From positions 1-62,447 of IMG/VR virus record IMGVR_UViG_3300032275_000189: a stretch of 62,447 nucleotides of DNA. The stretch is one strand, 5' to 3'. The notes under the pieces were generated by a model. The model saw only the letters and a list, made by a program, of their open reading frames with translations, searched no databases and was not told where the DNA came from. Positions 57,082 through 62,447 of the stretch are shown in pieces. This stretch comes from a virus (Duplodnaviria; Caudoviricetes). Made by a program: the position numbers and the translations under genes. Each line of letters begins with the position of its first letter. Within the stretch, counting starts at the first letter, position 1.

Positions 57082-58012
57082 ACACACCCTTGAATCCTTA
57101 TTGCCATTGAATGGCAATATTTTGGTCGGCGATCTTGGGTGTAAAGATGAAACTGTTAGCAAGTGTCGTCAATACGGAGCGACTATTGTTCGACTTTCTC
57201 TGAACGATGATCTATCCCAGGCAAGAAATCATTTGTTAAAGTCCTCAGACTCCAAATGGAATTTGCACATTGAACCTTGGGAGACAATTATGACCGGCCA
57301 TGAAGTCATCCAGCAAGCTCTACTAGGACCACAAATAGCCTATAAAATGAGCATTATTCAGGGAGATGTGATAACCAAGCAAATCAGGCTTTGGCATAAA
57401 AACACAGGCTTGAAGTTTAAGAATCCCGTGTTTGAAACATTGACGGATGAAGACGCCAAAGACATTCCGGCATACATCGCTGTGGGGCCAAACAACAACT
57501 CAAGCCTGTATTTAGAACTTGTCGAGAAGTGGCGAGATCGCTGTCCATTGGCGACTGAACCGATTTACTACACCGCTTGTTCTCACCTGAATGGCAAGAA
57601 TTGGGATACCTTTTTGAATTGGGCTGGGCTGTATTTACACCAAGAAAAATCCGATGCAATGTCGGTGTACATGACACACTATTATTGCTCGATGGTGAAC
57701 TGCTACATTAAAAAAGATTACCAGCACGCAATTCAGTCATTGCTGCCATGTCTGGCAAAAAACCCTACAATGGCAGAGTTTTGGTGCTTGTTGGGAGATG
57801 CCTACTATGCAATCAAAGATTATGATCGAGCAAAGACTTTTTACGAAAACGCCATACTTTTAGGGAGCAGGCGGCTCAAAGATGATGGTTGGCCGCTGGA
57901 AATCTCCAAATACAAAGAATACCCTCAAAAAATGATTGAAGGATGCGAAAAGATCAAGCAGTCTTTGCGATTTTATGGGTCAAAAAATCAGAGTCACAAT
58001 AGTCGCTCTTGA
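57026..58012 (+). CDS. GT2-like plus TPR protein (DxD degenerate)
   Basis: IIRNNE..IE..LESL, VGDLGCKD.T, DLSQARN, NPVFE; C-terminal TPR AEFWCLLGD.YY. Confidence 0.75.
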   Translation: MSAPLTIYLIIRNNEATIEHTLESLLPLNGNILVGDLGCKDETVSKCRQYGATIVRLSLNDDLSQARNHLLKSSDSKWNLHIEPWETIMTGHEVIQQALLGPQIAYKMSIIQGDVITKQIRLWHKNTGLKFKNPVFETLTDEDAKDIPAYIAVGPNNNSSLYLELVEKWRDRCPLATEPIYYTACSHLNGKNWDTFLNWAGLYLHQEKSDAMSVYMTHYYCSMVNCYIKKDYQHAIQSLLPCLAKNPTMAEFWCLLGDAYYAIKDYDRAKTFYENAILLGSRRLKDDGWPLEISKYKEYPQKMIEGCEKIKQSLRFYGSKNQSHNSRS

Positions 58013-58433
58013 TCTTCTCAAGAATGTGCCTTTTAAGTTCAGACATCTTTTCCAGATGAGGAATTATGGCCGATGCCTTTATGCTTATGATGCCGGTCAT
58101 GTCACGAATGGTTCCTTCAATGTATCCCTTTTCTTCATTGAGCTTGGCCGACAAATTGACGAATATTTCCTTGCCGTCCTTTCGCTTCATGGCCACTTGA
58201 AAATCAGAGACTTCCCCGTGTCGGCGAAGCTCTTGAATAAATTCCTCTCGTTCTTCTTTGTCATAAAGATCGGTGGCAGAGTGCGTTGAAAGATCATCAA
58301 AATCAGAAAAACCGAGTATGCTTATGGCGGCTTCGTTGGCATGAATGAAATGCCCGTCGTCAATTTGGGTTCTCCAAAGACCTACTGGTGCCGTCTCGTA
58401 CAAGTCTTTGTATTCTTCTTGATCGCTCATCAT
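57954..58433 (-). CDS. Stand-alone PAS-domain protein
   Basis: YKDLYETAPVG, DGHFIHANEA...LGF, KRKDG, IEGTIRD.T. Confidence 0.85.
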   Translation of the reverse strand: MMSDQEEYKDLYETAPVGLWRTQIDDGHFIHANEAAISILGFSDFDDLSTHSATDLYDKEEREEFIQELRRHGEVSDFQVAMKRKDGKEIFVNLSAKLNEEKGYIEGTIRDMTGIISIKASAIIPHLEKMSELKRHILEKIKSDYCDSDFLTHKIAKTA

Positions 58434-58454
58434 AATTTCCTCCTAAGTATATAC

Positions 58455-58835
58455 TCAATAAAGAACATCTAATTCATTTACAACCACGGTAACTTGATCC
58501 TCAAAACGAGTAACAGCGAGTTGCTTTCTGCCGCTTGGCAACTTTCTGAGACGTGCCTCTAATTCATCAACATGACAATTGATGACACTGAAGCTGTTGT
58601 CAGCTAACTTTTTGGCTTCTTCTTCAAGGTTTGCTACTGATCTATTTGGATAGTATGCTTGAAGTTGAGGCTTGGCCTGCATCATGAGCTTCTTATAAAT
58701 CGGCACATTACAGGCGCAGCCAGGATTTTGCAGATACTTCTGCATGTCATCCATAAATTCACTAGACAAGCTCTCCCGGAAGCGCTTGTCCCGTAGGGCC
58801 TGCTTCACGTCCATCAGTCCGATTGGTCTGCTCAT
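58455..58835 (-). CDS. Hypothetical protein
   Basis: NPGCACN motif; GGAG RBS. Confidence 0.7.
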   Translation of the reverse strand: MSRPIGLMDVKQALRDKRFRESLSSEFMDDMQKYLQNPGCACNVPIYKKLMMQAKPQLQAYYPNRSVANLEEEAKKLADNSFSVINCHVDELEARLRKLPSGRKQLAVTRFEDQVTVVVNELDVLY

Positions 58836-59082
58836 CTGGTATTGTCTCCACTAAGGTCAATTTTGTCGCTTTAATCACATATCCACAACCAGGGCATTTG
58901 AATGATTTTGCCCGATTCATGGATTGAGGAATGACTACTTTTTTCGTAAAAGGGTCAACAAAAGGCGATCCACGAGGAACAGATGCTTGTTTGACTTGGA
59001 CTAAATCCTGAATGTCATCGCCCTTGGTGAATCTCTTGTAACCACAATTGTCACAAAAGAACTGATATGTTTTAAGACTCAT
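58762..59082 (-). CDS. Zn-ribbon protein
   Basis: CDNCG...CPGCG. Confidence 0.7.
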   Translation of the reverse strand: MSLKTYQFFCDNCGYKRFTKGDDIQDLVQVKQASVPRGSPFVDPFTKKVVIPQSMNRAKSFKCPGCGYVIKATKLTLVETIPDEQTNRTDGREAGPTGQALPGELV

Positions 59083-59410
59083 GGTTATTATCGTTCGGTA
59101 AGTTGACAATAGTTGCCGCCTCAATCCAATTGAGTGCAACGGCAGCTAGGTTTGCCAAGAACCCGCCTGCGCAGCCACAGGCAAAGATTTGAAATGGGGT
59201 ATGTGAAATCCATATTTCACCCATTAAAAACCCACACCAAGTACCGCAGCATAAATAACAGTCCACTACACCACCCAGACTAGGCACGCCAATCTTAGCG
59301 GTAATGGACTTAACGAGTGTGCGAAACCATTGCATTATGGACCCATCTACAATGATGTGGGCCATTCCGATGGTACTCAAGGCAAACAAAATCAAATTTT
59401 CAATGCTCAT
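59072..59410 (-). CDS. Membrane protein, DUF1360-like
   Basis: TM helices with CYLCCGTW. Confidence 0.7.
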   Translation of the reverse strand: MSIENLILFALSTIGMAHIIVDGSIMQWFRTLVKSITAKIGVPSLGGVVDCYLCCGTWCGFLMGEIWISHTPFQIFACGCAGGFLANLAAVALNWIEAATIVNLPNDNNHES

Positions 59411-59444
59411 AGCTTTTCCTTTATTTAGGTTTTTGTAGGAAAAA

Positions 59445-59804
59445 TCACCGCCAAAATGTAGCGTAGATTCTATCCTTATCTCTGTGGACGCAAAAATCCC
59501 TGTAGCCAGTGAACTCGCAGAGTTCATCAGCTTCACCGATTTGCCAGTCACAACAAGCTGCCAGCCGGTGATCTATTTTATCCACTAGAATTGTATCGGA
59601 GAAATACTCTTCTAATTTGCGAATACGAATTTCGTCAAGCGAGTTGAGGAGTTCCAATACACTGCGTTGCCCAAGAGTTTTCATTCCTGGAATACGTTGA
59701 CCCAACTGCCACTGGTCGAAGAAGTGGCGAAATTCGGGGAATAAGGCGTGTGCCTTTTTGTCGAAGAAAATTAGCTCCTCGATATTTTGCAGATTTATTT
59801 CCAT
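59445..59804 (-). CDS. Hypothetical protein
   Basis: First ORF of a minus-strand gene run. Confidence 0.65.
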   Translation of the reverse strand: MEINLQNIEELIFFDKKAHALFPEFRHFFDQWQLGQRIPGMKTLGQRSVLELLNSLDEIRIRKLEEYFSDTILVDKIDHRLAACCDWQIGEADELCEFTGYRDFCVHRDKDRIYATFWR

Positions 59805-59864
59805 GACACTACGTTAACCCCAAGATGATGACTTGCAATAAGCTAGTAATCCAAGGAGACAAAT

Positions 59865-61052
59865 ATGGCTGATGATACTTTCCGTCCAAGACGGCCACAA
59901 ACCCCGCAAGAAGATGACGATCAAGTTGGTGCGGGTGAAGAGAATGAAAGCGGCATGTCCGCTTTGAATATGGCAGAAAAGATGCGACAACAGGCTGCTG
60001 GCGGCGAGGAAGGTCACTCAGATGACAGCCCTAAGCTAACTGGCAACTTCAATATTAAGGGCATGGAAAATGCCCCGCCTGAATTCATGCAAGCACTGAA
60101 GGCCGCTCAGGGTGGCCCTCAACAAAAGGTTGAGCGTGAAACATCAGGTCGTGAGCCTAAGCGTGGCTTCGGACAAATGTCCGGTGGTGGAGAAGGCCCT
60201 GGATCGACTCCTGCCGCACCTGCAAAGAAGCGAGACGCATTGTCATCTAGCTCTGGTCACTTGAAGGAATTGTTGGAAGGACTGAAAGGTTCGACCACAA
60301 TCTACGAAGAGATCGAATTACCTTCTAGGGGTCGTTTCTATGATGACACCGATGGTCCTGGCAATGGCGTCATTTCTATTCGTCCGATGACGGGTGAAGA
60401 AGAACAAATTCTTGCTACCCCTCGATTCGTTCGTAAGGGTCAAGCCATCAACATGATTTTCCAACGATGTATGAAGGAGCAGTATCGTCCAGAGCAGCTT
60501 CTCACCATTGACCGAACCTACATGCTTATTTACCTGCGTGGTATATCGTATTCCCCGAATTACGACGTTGAGGTAAAGTGTCCTGAATGTGAAAAGAAGT
60601 TCGGGACAACCATTGACCTCAATACGCTATATGTTGAACCATGTCCTGTTGATTATGGTCCAACATTGCAGGACGTATTGCCGACAACCAAGTTGCCTTT
60701 CTCATATCGGCTTTCAACTGGCCGGGATGAGCAAGAGATCACGGAATACCGTGATCGTCGCATCAAGGCTTTCGGTGACGCTTCGGCTGACGATACTCTG
60801 ATTTACAGAACGTCTATGTTGCTCGATAATATCGACGGCTTGACCAATAAGGGAGAGCTACAAATCCTCTTGAAGAATCTGCCAATCAGCGACGTGTCGT
60901 ATGTCCGCAACTGCATCAACGAGCCGCCATTCGGTGTTGACACAAATGTAGAAATTACTTGCCCTAGCTGTCTTCAGGACTTTGAGGTTGATCTCCCACT
61001 GGAGGCAAATTTTTTCTTCCCTCGACGGAAGAAAACCAAGACCCAAGCATAG
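59865..61052 (+). CDS. Baseplate hub/tail assembly chaperone, T4 gp26-like
   Basis: IELPSRG, IRPMTGEEEQIL, DR..MLIYLRGISY, CPEC, CPSC, PL..NFF. Confidence 0.8.
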   Translation: MADDTFRPRRPQTPQEDDDQVGAGEENESGMSALNMAEKMRQQAAGGEEGHSDDSPKLTGNFNIKGMENAPPEFMQALKAAQGGPQQKVERETSGREPKRGFGQMSGGGEGPGSTPAAPAKKRDALSSSSGHLKELLEGLKGSTTIYEEIELPSRGRFYDDTDGPGNGVISIRPMTGEEEQILATPRFVRKGQAINMIFQRCMKEQYRPEQLLTIDRTYMLIYLRGISYSPNYDVEVKCPECEKKFGTTIDLNTLYVEPCPVDYGPTLQDVLPTTKLPFSYRLSTGRDEQEITEYRDRRIKAFGDASADDTLIYRTSMLLDNIDGLTNKGELQILLKNLPISDVSYVRNCINEPPFGVDTNVEITCPSCLQDFEVDLPLEANFFFPRRKKTKTQA

Positions 61053-61054
61053 AA

Positions 61055-61249
61055 ATGTGGAAGGGACTAGCGGAAGAAGTATTCTTCTTCCAATATCACT
61101 TACACTTAGCTATGTCAGGATCAATGAGTCTGCCGATCAATCTGCGGAAATGGATGATCGAGCGTTTTATCGAGCAAAAAGAAAAAGAAAACGAGGCAAT
61201 GGAAGCCTCACGCAGAAAAGCGCAGTCTCAATCAAAGTCAAGGCGATAA
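61055..61249 (+). CDS. Small gp51/chaperone-GT-like protein, probably also made as a frameshift fusion
   Basis: EEVFFFQYH...SLPINLRKWMIERF; open in the -1 frame from a slippery site. Confidence 0.7.
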   Translation: MWKGLAEEVFFFQYHLHLAMSGSMSLPINLRKWMIERFIEQKEKENEAMEASRRKAQSQSKSRR

Positions 61250-61252
61250 AAG

Positions 61253-61996
61253 ATGGCAATAAAAGAACGATACCAAAATCCTTCCTGCGGCGATTCAGTA
61301 AATCTCCGGTTGTTTACTTACAACAGCAACAACCGGAGAGATGTGCAGTCTATCGAGAAAGTGGACATTTACACTTACGACGATACCTTCAGGTCGGCTG
61401 ATAACCCGCAAGGATTGCGATTAGTTCAAACTGTTCTTGGCACTGATGTCGTGCAAGAAGCAACAGGTCAATACCTTATACAGTTATCGGTTTCAGACCC
61501 ACTGTATACAATCGGCTCTTATAGAGACGTTTGGTCTGTTGTCTTCGAGGACGGCGAATGTGCGACTGCACAAGTTGCGAATGACTTTCAGATTTATTCT
61601 GATTTGTGGTTCACGACGCCAATCCCGCCAATATACGACTTTAATTTCAACTTCCGTCCTAACAAAATACGAAAAGGATCAAAGCGTTATCTTTTGATCC
61701 AGGTCGTCCCGAATGTTCCACGAGGGTCCGAGATTCTTCCCTACTACGAAAATCTCGCCATAGTCTCAGATTTACGGGTATCTATAGAGCTTGCATGTGG
61801 GGAGTGTGTCCCGGCAGAGCAAGACTTACGCCTGATAGAAGATCGGACTCTCGTGGACTATCGTGAAAAAGGTTACGCATATTTCTTCCTCAATACAGAA
61901 GAATATGATGAAGGCATTTACAATATTTGGTTTGAACTTGCCTTCGGTGAAAATGTGTTCTTGTCCGACAAAAACTCTTTCCAGGTATACAGCTAA
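61253..61996 (+). CDS. Hypothetical protein, putative Ig-like structural
   Basis: Two beta-rich repeats (GQY...GSYRDVW; GY...GIYNIW). Confidence 0.7.
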   Translation: MAIKERYQNPSCGDSVNLRLFTYNSNNRRDVQSIEKVDIYTYDDTFRSADNPQGLRLVQTVLGTDVVQEATGQYLIQLSVSDPLYTIGSYRDVWSVVFEDGECATAQVANDFQIYSDLWFTTPIPPIYDFNFNFRPNKIRKGSKRYLLIQVVPNVPRGSEILPYYENLAIVSDLRVSIELACGECVPAEQDLRLIEDRTLVDYREKGYAYFFLNTEEYDEGIYNIWFELAFGENVFLSDKNSFQVYS

Positions 61997-62447
61997 TGGC
62001 AATTTTTAATCTGCCCGATGAGCCGGATTCGCCAGCAGGAAAAGCAATACAAACTGCACAGGCTCCTTCAGCGGAACAAATGGCATCAAAACAAATGCCA
62101 AACAAGTTTCAATTAGTTTTCAAGTCAGACCCATATTTGGGCGACAGCATACACGGACTATTGCTTGACCTGGGACGCAAAGAACTGATCTTCAACACCA
62201 TTGAGAACGGTCGATTCGATTGGATCGACTGGCTCTTAGAGGTGCCTGAAGATGAAGTTGTCACGCTATTTTTCTTAGACGAAGACAATAAACACAGGTG
62301 CATATTGGTCATGGAAGGAATTTATGTTTTTGACCACACCTGCAACATGAGCAATTCACAGAACGCCTACGGGATTGATTCACAGGAAAATCTCGAACAC
62401 AAAATCACCGTCCAGTTCACCAATATCGAAAGACTACATCCAGAAGG
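61996..62447 (+). CDS. Hypothetical protein truncated by the window end
   Basis: TAATG-coupled ATG; open to the edge (MAIFNLPDEPD...). Confidence 0.7.
   Translation, partial: MAIFNLPDEPDSPAGKAIQTAQAPSAEQMASKQMPNKFQLVFKSDPYLGDSIHGLLLDLGRKELIFNTIENGRFDWIDWLLEVPEDEVVTLFFLDEDNKHRCILVMEGIYVFDHTCNMSNSQNAYGIDSQENLEHKITVQFTNIERLHPE

Noticed and set aside
1-62447. Stop-codon reassignment as in some large phages
   Set aside because: Recognisable genes are full length in code 11 and end with TAA, TGA or TAG
1-62447. tRNA or rRNA genes, integrase, reverse transcriptase or DGR
   Set aside because: No cloverleaf or T-loop signature, RT motif or template/variable repeat pair seen by eye; tRNAscan-SE would confirm

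Overview
A gene-dense (about 42-45% GC by eye), standard-genetic-code segment of a large T4-like myovirus (jumbo-phage style), probably infecting a Planctomycetota host (inferred). The right third carries neck and tail genes: gp13-, gp14- and gp15-like proteins, tail sheath, three tandem tail-tube paralogs, a gp26/gp51-like pair with a candidate -1 frameshift, and a gp55-like late sigma factor. The rest is accessory: glutamate dehydrogenase, NAMPT, ferredoxin-thioredoxin reductase, Thg1-like, NUDIX, McsA-like, COOH-NH2 ligase, two Dam-type methylases, two serine proteases, homing endonucleases and about a dozen glycan-modifying genes. Main hidden patterns: (1) about 13 unrelated proteins share a T4-internal-protein-like N-terminal capsid-targeting peptide, including ART-like and HEXXH metallopeptidase cargo; (2) a TA(A/T/G)ATA late-promoter motif recurs 4-5 nt before ATG, suggesting leaderless late mRNAs; (3) a holin-like gene sits directly before a signal-less subtilisin. 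All product calls come from motif recognition; no database search was run.
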